A stretch of DNA of 64,000 nt from NCBI GenBank assembly GCA_039026395.1, contig JBCCMK010000002.1, positions 23,168 through 87,167 of the forward strand. The letters are read 5' to 3'. Shown here piece after piece: positions 56,079 through 64,000 of the stretch. This DNA is from Pseudomonadota bacterium (GTDB taxonomy: Bacteria; Pseudomonadota; Alphaproteobacteria; Rhizobiales; JAKSCL01). Both the position numbers and the translations under genes were made by a program. Within the stretch, counting starts at the first letter, position 1. Every line of letters begins with the position of its first letter. The notes beneath the pieces are model-generated. The model was not told the origin of the DNA. It did not search any database and saw nothing but the letters and a program-made list of their open reading frames with translations.

Positions 56079-56118
56079 TTTATAATCTCCCCGCTGCGTC
56101 GTTTGAGCGGTTATCTGG

Positions 56119-56991
56119 CTAGAGGATCGTTTTGAGCTCGGCTTTAAAGTCGTCTGAAAGGTCCGGCCTGTCGAGCGCAAAGGCGACATTGGCGCTCAAA
56201 AACCCGATTTTTGACCCACAATCAAAGGTCCGCCCTTCGAACCGAACACCATAGAATTTCTGCGCTTCGGCAAGGTCAATCATGGAGTCGGTCAGTTGGA
56301 TTTCATTTCCTGCGCCGCGTTGGTGTCGGCCTAGGAGGTTCATGATTTCGGGCTGAAGAATATAACGTCCATTGATGTAGAGGTTCGAGGGCGCAGTGCC
56401 TGGAGCCGGTTTTTCGATCATGCCGTCGATCTCAAAACCGACGCCGTGATCTTCGCCAACGCCGACAATGCCGTACCGATGGGTCAGTTCAGGATCGCAT
56501 TCTTCGAGCGCGATGATGTTCCCGCCAAGCCTGTCATAAGCCTTCATCATCTGAGAGAGACAGCCCGGCTCCGCCTTCATGATCATGTCTGGAAGAAGAA
56601 GTGCAAAGGGCTCATCGCCAATGATGTCACGCGCACACCAGACCGCGTGGCCAAGTCCTAAGGGCGACTGTTGGCGTGTAAACGATGCGTTGCCAGCTTC
56701 GGGTAGAGCGGCACTCAAGATTTCTAGTTCTGCGGTTTTCCCGCGCGACTTCAGCGTGTCTTCAAGCTCGAACTGGATGTCGAAATGGTCCTCAATCACG
56801 CCCTTATTGCGTCCGGTTACGAAGATGAAATGCTCGATACCGGCTTCGCGGGCCTCATCGACGGCGTATTGAATGACCGGCTTATCAACGACAGTGAGCA
56901 TTTCTTTCGGCACAGCTTTTGTCGCCGGTAAAAAGCGTGTGCCGAGCCCAGCAACGGGGAAGACGGCCTTACGAACGCGTTTGTGGGACAT
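56119..56991 (-). CDS. galU: UTP-glucose-1-phosphate uridylyltransferase
   Basis: [25 protein letters not shown] is a canonical GalU N-terminus; 290 aa. Confidence 0.95.
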   Translation of the reverse strand: MSHKRVRKAVFPVAGLGTRFLPATKAVPKEMLTVVDKPVIQYAVDEAREAGIEHFIFVTGRNKGVIEDHFDIQFELEDTLKSRGKTAELEILSAALPEAGNASFTRQQSPLGLGHAVWCARDIIGDEPFALLLPDMIMKAEPGCLSQMMKAYDRLGGNIIALEECDPELTHRYGIVGVGEDHGVGFEIDGMIEKPAPGTAPSNLYINGRYILQPEIMNLLGRHQRGAGNEIQLTDSMIDLAEAQKFYGVRFEGRTFDCGSKIGFLSANVAFALDRPDLSDDFKAELKTIL

Positions 56992-57160
56992 CGTGTCCTT
57001 TAATCCTTTGTCGTGGAATTGCGCGGTGAGTAGCGCCTCATTTCACCGAGTGCAACGGGCGAAACGTTGAATGGTCAACGATTGCGCAATCTGTAACGGG
57101 CCATGGTCCAAGTGTTTTCCGTGATGGTTGTCACAGCAAGGGGTGTCACGGCTCAATAGG

Positions 57161-57175
57161 TTAAGACTGCATTAA
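57161..57175. promoter_or_regulatory. Perfect CtrA-box-type motif TTAA-N7-TTAA in the galU/nuclease divergent intergenic region
   Basis: TTAAGACTGCATTAA read directly. It is the only perfect intergenic match I found in the window. Confidence 0.45.
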
Positions 57176-57188
57176 GAGGGAAAAGACA

Positions 57189-57365
57189 ATGCAGGCGAAC
57201 CCATCAAATCGAATTCTTGCAGCGCTCGCACTTCAAGCAGAACGGGTGGATGCGATCAGTGTCGATAGTGAGAGCATGTTGGTCCCTGACGTCGCCGAAG
57301 ATGATTTCACGGCTCAGACACCGTGTGATGTTCGAGCATTTCCGACCTGGGCCACCATCCAGTAA
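57189..57365 (+). CDS. Possible 58-aa acidic small protein (doubtful)
   Basis: AAGAGGG RBS 8 nt upstream of the ATG: MQANPSNRILAALALQAERVDAISVDSESMLVPDVAEDDFTAQTPCDVRAFPTWATIQ. GC3 is only about 52% and no family is recognised. Confidence 0.3.
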   Translation: MQANPSNRILAALALQAERVDAISVDSESMLVPDVAEDDFTAQTPCDVRAFPTWATIQ

Positions 57366-57412
57366 GAAGTAGTACCGAGGAACGTCGCGGAAGACTTTGC
57401 TATGGTCGCCGC

Positions 57413-58156
57413 GTGCTGCGCGCTTTTTCTCTAAGTCTTACCTTTCACTTATTTGCTTTGCCTGCATTGGCCTGCTTTCAAGGCGACCTCTATACAAACC
57501 TCTCGCTTAGCTCAAAATGGCAAGCCATCGTCTCGCCAGATGGTGAGCGATATTCGATTGATGGAGTCATTGTCCGAGATTTCTCGGCCGTTGCTACCGA
57601 GATTAAGCGATACGTCACGGGTCCTCTTCGTGTCGCAGCGGCAAAAAAGCCGGATCGGTTTAACCGCAGCCCGAGCCAAATTCGGGTCATGGTCGCTGGC
57701 GAGGGCCTCTGGCTTCAGGAACACCTGATTGAACACGGTTTTGGATTGGTCGATGATCGCCTGCAGCACACTGAGTGCTTCCCTGCGCTCCACGATGCCG
57801 AAGCACGGGCGCGAGAAAATGGTCGTGGATATTGGGCGAGCCCAGCAAACCGTGTGCTTGATGCATCAAATCCAGATGAAATGCTGGCCAAAGCTGACCA
57901 ATTTGTGATTGTCGAGGGGCGGGTCTTGGCCTCGGAAAGGGTGGGGCCGCGAATTTTCCTCAATTTCGGCCAAATTTGGCGCGAAGACTTTACAGTCACA
58001 GTAAGGAAGCGCGCCGAAACCGCGCTCAGGCGGCGCGGTGTGAATCCTTTGGCACTATCAGGAGTTCGTGTGCAGGTACGCGGATGGTTGACTGAACGGA
58101 GCGGCCCGTCGATAGAAGTTGGTAATCAGTTTCAGCTTCTTGTGATTCCCGACTAA
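57413..58156 (+). CDS. Secreted thermonuclease (SNase)-like protein, ExoI-like
   Basis: Signal peptide; …LWLQEHLIEHGFGLV…ALHDAEARARENGRGYWA resembles the staphylococcal nuclease fold motif. GTG start. Confidence 0.6.
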   Translation: MLRAFSLSLTFHLFALPALACFQGDLYTNLSLSSKWQAIVSPDGERYSIDGVIVRDFSAVATEIKRYVTGPLRVAAAKKPDRFNRSPSQIRVMVAGEGLWLQEHLIEHGFGLVDDRLQHTECFPALHDAEARARENGRGYWASPANRVLDASNPDEMLAKADQFVIVEGRVLASERVGPRIFLNFGQIWREDFTVTVRKRAETALRRRGVNPLALSGVRVQVRGWLTERSGPSIEVGNQFQLLVIPD

Positions 58157-58187
58157 CCGCGTACGGACGTCAACGGACCTTCTCGTC

Positions 58188-59678
58188 ATGATCCGGCATA
58201 TACGGATTCCTGTTGCGGTACTCTTTTGCGCCCTGACCTTGGCAGGCTGCGCATCCGGTGTGCTGCAGCGCGGCGGACAGCCGCCAAATGTCGTTGAATC
58301 CGGTGCGATCACCGCGCGGGACTCGACCGTCAGTGTCGCGCAGGAACGCGCGATCGGTCGACGTGCGCACCCCTTCCTCGTTTCGGCATATGGCGGCGAA
58401 TATCGCGATAGTCGCGTTTCTGGCCTCATTCAAAGCATCGTAAACCGGCTTGAAAGCCAAACCGATGCGCCTGGGTTTCGGTACCGTGTGACGATATTGA
58501 ATTCGCCTTCGGTGAACGCGTTCGCGCTCCCGGGTGGATATATTTACGTGACGCGAGGGCTTCTCGCGATCGCCAATACTGAGGCCGAGTTGGCGGCGGT
58601 ATTGGCCCACGAGATGGCGCATGTGCTCGCGCGCCACGCCATCGAGCGCGAGCGCGCGACGCGTCTGACGCTCGCGCAAAGTAGAACGCTCGCCGGACTT
58701 GTCCGGAGTGCTGAGGCGTCCGAAGCGGTGCTTGCAAATGCCCAAGGCTATCTCGCCCGCTTTTCTCGTCAGCAGGAATTCGAAGCGGACGGGATTGGGC
58801 TAAAACTCGCAGCCAGTGCAGACTATGACCCCATGGCATCGGTCGCCGTTATTTCGTCGATGGCGGCGCAAAATGCGATCCAGGCGGAGCGGTTTTTCGC
58901 GGGTTCAGCGTCTGATCAAGCAGACTTTCTGTCCAGTCACCCGGCACCGCCGGATCGGATCGCAGCAATCATTCGCGAATCGCAGGGGCTAGCCGCCGAA
59001 GAGGGTGAATTCGCCCGTGGGGCCGACCGAGAAAGCTATATTCGGGCAATTGACGGGCTTCTTTACGATGATGACGCGCGAGAAGGGTTTGTGCGGGGCC
59101 GGACCTTTGTTCACCCGGGCTTGCGGATCACGTTTACAGCGCCTTCGGGGTACCGGATCGACAATCAGCCAGAGGCCGTCAACGCGGTCTCGCGGAATGG
59201 CAATCTCATTCGCTTCGATGGTGAAACGATCTCCGCTGGAGATAGCCTTGACGATTATCTGAACCAAGTCTGGTCCGATGGGGTGCGGGTGTCAGACCGG
59301 CGTATGTTTGAGATTGACGGAATGCCTGCAATCACCGCGCGCGCATCTGCACGCGGGTGGGATTTCCGCCTGGTCGCGGTGCGTTGGTCACGCGAACGGG
59401 TGTTTAGGATGCTCTTTGCGACGCGAAATTACTCAGTGAGCGCCGATAACGCCTTTTTGGAGTCGGCTCAGACGATGCGCCGCCTGTCAGCCGACGAGGC
59501 CGCTCAAATCAGACCTTTGCGTGTAAGGGCTTATCAAACGCGTGCAGGAGATACGATAGCGGCGCTTGCACGGACGCTGCCGTTTGATGACAAGCAACAG
59601 CAGCGTTTCCGCGTCTTAAATGGGCTTGGCGACAACGCACGGTTATCGCCCGGGACCTGGGTGAAAATCGTCCGTTAG
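58188..59678 (+). CDS. M48-family zinc metalloprotease lipoprotein with a C-terminal LysM domain
   Basis: Lipobox LTLAGC, HEMAHV zinc motif, and a C-terminal LysM domain (YQTRAGDTIAALAR…WVKIV). Confidence 0.9.
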   Translation: MIRHIRIPVAVLFCALTLAGCASGVLQRGGQPPNVVESGAITARDSTVSVAQERAIGRRAHPFLVSAYGGEYRDSRVSGLIQSIVNRLESQTDAPGFRYRVTILNSPSVNAFALPGGYIYVTRGLLAIANTEAELAAVLAHEMAHVLARHAIERERATRLTLAQSRTLAGLVRSAEASEAVLANAQGYLARFSRQQEFEADGIGLKLAASADYDPMASVAVISSMAAQNAIQAERFFAGSASDQADFLSSHPAPPDRIAAIIRESQGLAAEEGEFARGADRESYIRAIDGLLYDDDAREGFVRGRTFVHPGLRITFTAPSGYRIDNQPEAVNAVSRNGNLIRFDGETISAGDSLDDYLNQVWSDGVRVSDRRMFEIDGMPAITARASARGWDFRLVAVRWSRERVFRMLFATRNYSVSADNAFLESAQTMRRLSADEAAQIRPLRVRAYQTRAGDTIAALARTLPFDDKQQQRFRVLNGLGDNARLSPGTWVKIVR

Positions 59679-59691
59679 GCGAGAAACAGCG

Positions 59692-60561
59692 TTAAACGTA
59701 TGCTTCGCCTGACGGTTGGGCATTCAGAAGCGCTGATTTTAACTTTTCCAGCGCGCGATTTTCGATCTGACGCACCCGCTCTTTTGAGATGCCGAGTTTT
59801 TGGCCCAAGGATTCGAGCGTCGCGCCATCTTCACTGAGGCGACGTTCGCGAACGATCCGCAACTCGCGCTCAGAGAGGACAGAAAGCGCGCTGTAAAGCC
59901 AGGCTGAGCGGCGTTCCGTATCGATGTCGATGGTCACCAACTCTTCAGGGAGTGGCTTGTCGCAGACGAGGAAGTCCTGACGTTCAGAAGTGCCGCCCGT
60001 ATCTGCTTCGGATATCGGCGCATTGAGCGATGTGTCGGGCCCAGAAAGTCGTGAATCCATCAAGGCGACATCATCACTGGAAACGCCGATTGCCTGACCG
60101 ATTTGCTTATACATCTCAGGGTCGGACATGGTGTTTTGGCCCTGCCCGAGGCGGGCGCGAAGCCGGCGGAGATTGAAAAATAACGCTTTTTGAGCGCTTG
60201 ACGTGCCACCGCGGACGATCGACCAATTGCGGAGGATGTGATCTTGGATCGACGCCCTGATCCACCAGGTCGCATAGGTCGAGAAGCGAACTTCTCGGCC
60301 AGGATCAAACCGCGACGCTGCTTCTAGGAGGCCCACATGACCTTCTTGGATCAGGTCCGACATCGGAAGGCCGAAATGTTTGAAGCGAGCAGCGATCGCG
60401 ATCACGAGCCGCATATGGGCAGAGCAAAGGCGGTTTAACGCCTCTTGATCCTGTTCTTCTTTCCACGCCACCGCGAGGAGCCGTTCTTCTTCTCGCTCGA
60501 GGTAGGGTGCGGCCATAGCCGCGCTGATGAGCTTTCGTCCCGCACTCGCCTGCCTGGCCAT
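59692..60561 (-). CDS. rpoH: RNA polymerase sigma-32 (heat-shock sigma factor)
   Basis: RpoH box QKALFFNLRRLR and sigma-70 regions 2-4; 289 aa. Confidence 0.95.
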   Translation of the reverse strand: MARQASAGRKLISAAMAAPYLEREEERLLAVAWKEEQDQEALNRLCSAHMRLVIAIAARFKHFGLPMSDLIQEGHVGLLEAASRFDPGREVRFSTYATWWIRASIQDHILRNWSIVRGGTSSAQKALFFNLRRLRARLGQGQNTMSDPEMYKQIGQAIGVSSDDVALMDSRLSGPDTSLNAPISEADTGGTSERQDFLVCDKPLPEELVTIDIDTERRSAWLYSALSVLSERELRIVRERRLSEDGATLESLGQKLGISKERVRQIENRALEKLKSALLNAQPSGEAYV

Positions 60562-60695
60562 GACACGTCTCCTTTGGTGGGCGTAGTCTTGGTTTAGGTA
60601 CGGGCAAGTACGTGAGACGGATTAACGCAATGAACAAATATTTCTCGTGGAACGCGAAATCTGTCTCATTGCTGAACGTTTAGGCATATTCGGGT

Positions 60696-60726
60696 AATAA
60701 AAAAGCCCGGTGCACACGCACCGGGC
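60696..60726 (-). terminator. Rho-independent terminator of carD
   Basis: GCCCGGTGC-ACAC-GCACCGGGC (60705-60726), followed on the minus strand by TTTTTTATT. Confidence 0.85.
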
Positions 60727-60753
60727 TCTCAAATCATATGGTCGCTAAAACCG

Positions 60754-61341
60754 TTAGGCGGCAGCTTCCGCATCGTCGGCGTCGTTGTCCGCTTCATCTT
60801 CAGCGACGCGCGGGCCTTTTGGACTTTTGGTAAGGTTTTTCTCGATCTCACGGATGGCTTCGGTTTCGGTGAGCTTCTTCACCGCACCGATCTCCCGCGA
60901 CAGCCGATCGAGCGCTTGTTCGTAGAGTTGACGCTCGGAGTAGGACTGTTCCGGCTGGTTTTCAGCCCGGTAAAGGTCGCGGACCACTTCGGCGATCGCA
61001 ATGATGTCGCCAGAATTGATCTTGCCTTCATATTCCTGCGCGCGACGGCTCCACATGGTGCGCTTGATGCGGGCGCGCCCCGTAAGGATTTTCAGCGCGC
61101 GATCGACGCTCTCAATGGCTGCGAGCTTGCGCATGCCAACGCTTTCAACTTTGCCGGTCGGGACCCGCAGCGTCATTTTATCCTTTTCGAAATTGATCAC
61201 ATAGAGTTCGAGCTTTGCCCCCGCAATTTCTTGCTCTTCGATTTCAACGATCTGGCCGACGCCATGGGCTGGGTAGACCACGTGTTCGTTGACTTTGAAT
61301 GCCTGCTGGGTGGCTGATTTCTTGCTCATATGCTGTCGCAC
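60754..61341 (-). CDS. carD: CarD/CdnL-family RNA polymerase-binding transcription factor
   Basis: …FKVNEHVVYPAHGVGQIVEIEE…; CarD_CdnL_TRCF N-domain plus an acidic tail. Confidence 0.95.
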   Translation of the reverse strand: MRQHMSKKSATQQAFKVNEHVVYPAHGVGQIVEIEEQEIAGAKLELYVINFEKDKMTLRVPTGKVESVGMRKLAAIESVDRALKILTGRARIKRTMWSRRAQEYEGKINSGDIIAIAEVVRDLYRAENQPEQSYSERQLYEQALDRLSREIGAVKKLTETEAIREIEKNLTKSPKGPRVAEDEADNDADDAEAAA

Positions 61342-61500
61342 TCCTGCTTTTAAGCACGCAAAACACCGTCATGTCGTTGCCGACATTATGACCCTGCGTG
61401 CATATGGTAATTAGCGGTTCAATTCCGCGCTATCGTGTCCGAACACAAAACGACTTGTGCGAATTGCCAAACTGCGACGCCTCAACTGCCTGATGTCCGG

Positions 61501-61526
61501 ATAAAAAAGTGGGAGGGCGCTCCCTA
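61501..61526 (-). terminator. Rho-independent terminator ~155 nt downstream of fdxA
   Basis: On the minus strand: GGGAG-CGCC-CTCCC, then AC-TTTTTT (plus-strand coordinates 61511-61524, A6 at 61503-61508). Confidence 0.75.
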
Positions 61527-61678
61527 AGCACACTCGTTTCACTATGCTGGAATTTCTCCGATGGGATTGTGTACCACAAAATTCACGGAAAATGAAGGGA
61601 TTAATCCCCGCTTTTGAGCCAATATGGGCGCCTGGGTCAGAAATAGTTAACCGCTGACCGAGAGTTCAACACCTGTGA

Positions 61679-62014
61679 TCAATCCCCTTCGCCCGGTTCC
61701 GGCGAGAGGTATTGAAGCTTGTTTTCGACGCCATCAAACTTTTCAGCTTCGGGGAGTTGATCCTTCTTCATCGTCAAGTTTGGCCATTTTTCGGCATATT
61801 CCATGTTGATTGTAAGCCATTGTTCGAGACCTGGCTCGGTATCGGGCCGGATTGCATCAGCCGGACATTCCGGCTCGCAAACGCCGCAATCAATGCACTC
61901 GTCAGGATGAATGACGAGCATGTTTTCGCCTTCGTAGAAACAGTCAACCGGGCACACTTCGACACAGTCGGTGTACTTGCACTTAATGCAATTGTCGGTG
62001 ACGACGTAGGTCAT
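61679..62014 (-). CDS. fdxA: 7Fe ferredoxin (3Fe-4S + 4Fe-4S), FdxA type
   Basis: [29 protein letters not shown]…[15 protein letters not shown] 62014 preferred over the track start at 62044. Confidence 0.95.
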   Translation of the reverse strand: MTYVVTDNCIKCKYTDCVEVCPVDCFYEGENMLVIHPDECIDCGVCEPECPADAIRPDTEPGLEQWLTINMEYAEKWPNLTMKKDQLPEAEKFDGVENKLQYLSPEPGEGD

Positions 62015-62115
62015 GGATGCTCCAACAAATAATCCGAGACGCACTTAGGTGCTTCTTTATAACGGATCAAGATTGCCGTTTGCCCCAACCCACCTGTCAC
62101 ATGGATTTGACACTT

Positions 62116-62514
62116 TTATTGTGCCTCATCCGATGAAGAACGCCAACTGTCGATTTGCCGCCGGTCGCGTTTTGTCGGGCGCCCGGCGCCTTTGTCACGC
62201 TCGCCATCGGGAGCGGGCAAGACAGTTTTCGACTTCGGCGGAACCGGCGGCGATTTATCGATGTAAAGTGTCTGCGCTTCGGCAGCTGGACCCCGTCGAT
62301 CAGCAAACTCAACGATTTCGATGATCCGCACTCGGCCGCCCCAAACAAGAGTGAGAACGTCACCTCGACGAACCGTCTGCGATGCCTTGCGGGTCTTCTC
62401 CCGGTTCACGCGGATGTGACCTTTCGCGGCGAGGGTTCCGGCGAGCGTGCGCGATTTTACGATGCGCGCGTGCCAAAGCCATTGGTCGATCCGCTGCGAA
62501 ACGCCGTGGTCCAT
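62116..62514 (-). CDS. S4-domain RNA-binding protein (Hsp15/HslR-like)
   Basis: QRIDQWLWHARIVKSRTLA…GHIRVN is an S4 motif; basic C-terminal tail. Confidence 0.85.
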   Translation of the reverse strand: MDHGVSQRIDQWLWHARIVKSRTLAGTLAAKGHIRVNREKTRKASQTVRRGDVLTLVWGGRVRIIEIVEFADRRGPAAEAQTLYIDKSPPVPPKSKTVLPAPDGERDKGAGRPTKRDRRQIDSWRSSSDEAQ

Positions 62515-62523
62515 CGCGCTCGA

Positions 62524-64000
62524 TCAATCCTTCGGGGTATCGCCCATTTTGTCTTTGAGGGCTGCGAGTGCTGCAAAAGGCGAATTGGGGTCGGGTCCGC
62601 GCTCAGGTCGTGGCGTTGACCGCTTTTGTGGACGTTGGCCCTTTTTGTTCGGGTTGCCGTGCGGCGCACCGCCTGACTTTGGTTTGCCGCCTTTTCGTGG
62701 GCCTCGCGTATGCTGGCGCTGATCGCCCTGAGGCTTTTTCTGCCAGGTCTTCTGCTTTTTAAAGGGTTTTGGCCGCCAGAGCGTGATGGTTGCTGGCTCT
62801 GTTTCGCCTTCGCTTTCATCAACTCCTTCAAACGCAGACGAGGCTTCGGGCGCAGGCGCCTGGTTTGGTTCGACCGGCTCTTCCGGAGATGACGCGGTCG
62901 CACCCACTTCTGGTGTCGGTGCGGTTTCCAACGCGGTTTCAGCCTGAGGTTGAGGCTCGGGCACTGGCTGGGGCTCGGGCGTCGGGGCGGGCACCGTTTC
63001 GGATTTATAACCGAGCGATTTGAGGATCGACGCGAAGTCCTCACCGGCGCAGCCAACGAGCGATGTCATCTCCACGGTTGCCGTGAACGCATTTCCAGGA
63101 GCTGCGCCATCCGGCACCGGTTTATCGGCGTCATCGGACGGTTTCCAAGCGATCAGCGGTCTGATCAGGTCTGCCAATCGTTCCAGAATGTCGATCCGGA
63201 CCGCCATCGCGCCGCATACTCGATAGCCGACAGCATGGTAGAGCTCGTCGGGCAAGTCGGCGTCACGGGGGACAGACGTTCTGCCGCTCGCCGAGAGATG
63301 CAGGACATTTGCGAGCTTTTCCTGCGGCGTACCGGAGGCAATTGCGTGATATTGCGCGAGGAGACTTCGGGGACCGGGCTTCAAAAGAAGCGGGATAAAG
63401 AGATGATATGCGCCAAACCGAACGCCGAGTGCGCGCAAGGTTTGGCGCACCGGCTGCTCCATCTGGTTGACTTCGTCGGCCACGTCATTCCGGGAGATCG
63501 CGCCGAGGCCTTCTGCCATCCGAAAGGCGATGCCGCGAGCGACCCCGTCGAGATTTTCAGCCTCGCGCAGATCAAGAAGCGGCTGGATGAGCGACTTTGC
63601 ATGCGTTGCTAAGAAACCTTGCAGCCGCGCTTCAGCGCTTTCGCGCGGTGCGCCCGAGAGTTGATCGTCGGCGATCAGCACGACGCGCGGCTTTAAAAGA
63701 TCGTCGCTCCGCTCCAGTCGGCCGACCGGTGCCTTGCCCCAGAGGACTTTGCCGTCGGTGCCGAGTGAAAAGCTTTGGTCCGGTGAAAGTACGAGGTTCT
63801 GCGCGCGCTCCTTGAGCGTCACAGCCAACACCCGCTGGGCCGCGCTTCGGATCGCCTTTTCGTGGGCCGAGTCGGTCGTTGCCTCGGGGTGAAAGGTGAG
63901 CCCCTCAATGCGGCCAACATGGTGATCTTCCACGTGGAGGAGGCCGTCAGTGTCGACTTTGGCAGCGAGCGTTTCGGTTTCTTGCATGCGCTTCATAAGC
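62524..64000 (-). CDS. C-terminal part of a SUV3-like ATP-dependent helicase ('helicase-related protein'); the CDS continues beyond the right edge
   Basis: GYRVCGAMAVRIDILERLADLIR (SUV3_C-like), followed by a Pro/Glu-rich linker and a Lys/Arg/Gly-rich tail ending …SPFAALAALKDK. The synteny helicase-S4-fdxA-carD is common in alphaproteobacteria. Confidence 0.75.
   Translation of the reverse strand, partial: LMKRMQETETLAAKVDTDGLLHVEDHHVGRIEGLTFHPEATTDSAHEKAIRSAAQRVLAVTLKERAQNLVLSPDQSFSLGTDGKVLWGKAPVGRLERSDDLLKPRVVLIADDQLSGAPRESAEARLQGFLATHAKSLIQPLLDLREAENLDGVARGIAFRMAEGLGAISRNDVADEVNQMEQPVRQTLRALGVRFGAYHLFIPLLLKPGPRSLLAQYHAIASGTPQEKLANVLHLSASGRTSVPRDADLPDELYHAVGYRVCGAMAVRIDILERLADLIRPLIAWKPSDDADKPVPDGAAPGNAFTATVEMTSLVGCAGEDFASILKSLGYKSETVPAPTPEPQPVPEPQPQAETALETAPTPEVGATASSPEEPVEPNQAPAPEASSAFEGVDESEGETEPATITLWRPKPFKKQKTWQKKPQGDQRQHTRGPRKGGKPKSGGAPHGNPNKKGQRPQKRSTPRPERGPDPNSPFAALAALKDKMGDTPKD

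Noticed and set aside
61414-61428. tRNA T-arm-like sequence GCGGTTCAATTCCGC in the fdxA-carD spacer
   Set aside because: The flanks contain no matching acceptor stem, D-arm or anticodon arm, so it is just a short hairpin.
62457-63056. 199-aa same-strand alternative-frame ORF bridging the helicase 3' end and the S4-domain gene start
   Set aside because: It is extremely basic, low-complexity sequence produced by frame-shifting the Pro/Glu/Lys-rich helicase tail. The helicase frame ends with the conserved …SPFAALAALK motif and the S4 gene has its own start, so there is no evidence for frameshifting.
1-64000. Search for mobile elements, CRISPR arrays, rRNA/tRNA genes, toxin-antitoxin pairs, reverse transcriptases or other defence-island hallmarks
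   Set aside because: I found none by reading ORF products and intergenic regions. There are no integrase or transposase-like ORFs, no spaced direct-repeat arrays, and apart from the short AT-rich spacer at 30204-30530 no obvious compositional island. The window looks like core chromosome.

Overview
Dense, high-GC (roughly 58-60% by eye) chromosomal core region, almost certainly from an alphaproteobacterium. Supporting markers are GapR/DUF2312, a CarD(CdnL)-FdxA-S4-SUV3-like helicase block, RpoH, a split ccmABCDG locus, DUF465 genes and a perfect CtrA-type TTAA-N7-TTAA box. I call about 70 protein-coding genes. They cover housekeeping and energy metabolism (pntAA/AB/B, purEK, rpsU, etfBA, hbd, acyl-CoA dehydrogenase, two adenylate-forming CoA ligases, SorA-like sulfite oxidase plus cytochrome c). 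They also cover envelope functions (DUF882/M15A peptidase, L,D-transpeptidase, PBP5-type carboxypeptidase, DsbB, CcmG, ExoD, MOP flippase, GalU/Ugd, M48-LysM protease). I found no rRNA, tRNA, CRISPR array, transposase, integrase, phage or recognisable defence genes, so this does not look like an accessory island. Three small genes fall below the 60-aa cutoff of the ORF track: ccmD, an aa3-oxidase-subunit-IV-like 46-aa ORF upstream of pnt, and a doubtful 58-aa ORF. The best leads for undescribed biology are modest. They are (i) a HAMP-PAS membrane sensor whose kinase core looks catalytically dead, upstream of the D,D-carboxypeptidase; (ii) a translationally coupled pepF-DUF3445-ABC1 kinase operon; (iii) a DUF882 peptidase with a ~400-aa disordered extension; (iv) a divergent DUF465 pair, one member start/stop-coupled to purEK; (v) a terminator-bounded ~180-nt segment between fdxA and carD that could be an sRNA; and (vi) several long perfect palindromes or operator-like sites. 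All family assignments come from motif recognition by eye; no database search was possible.
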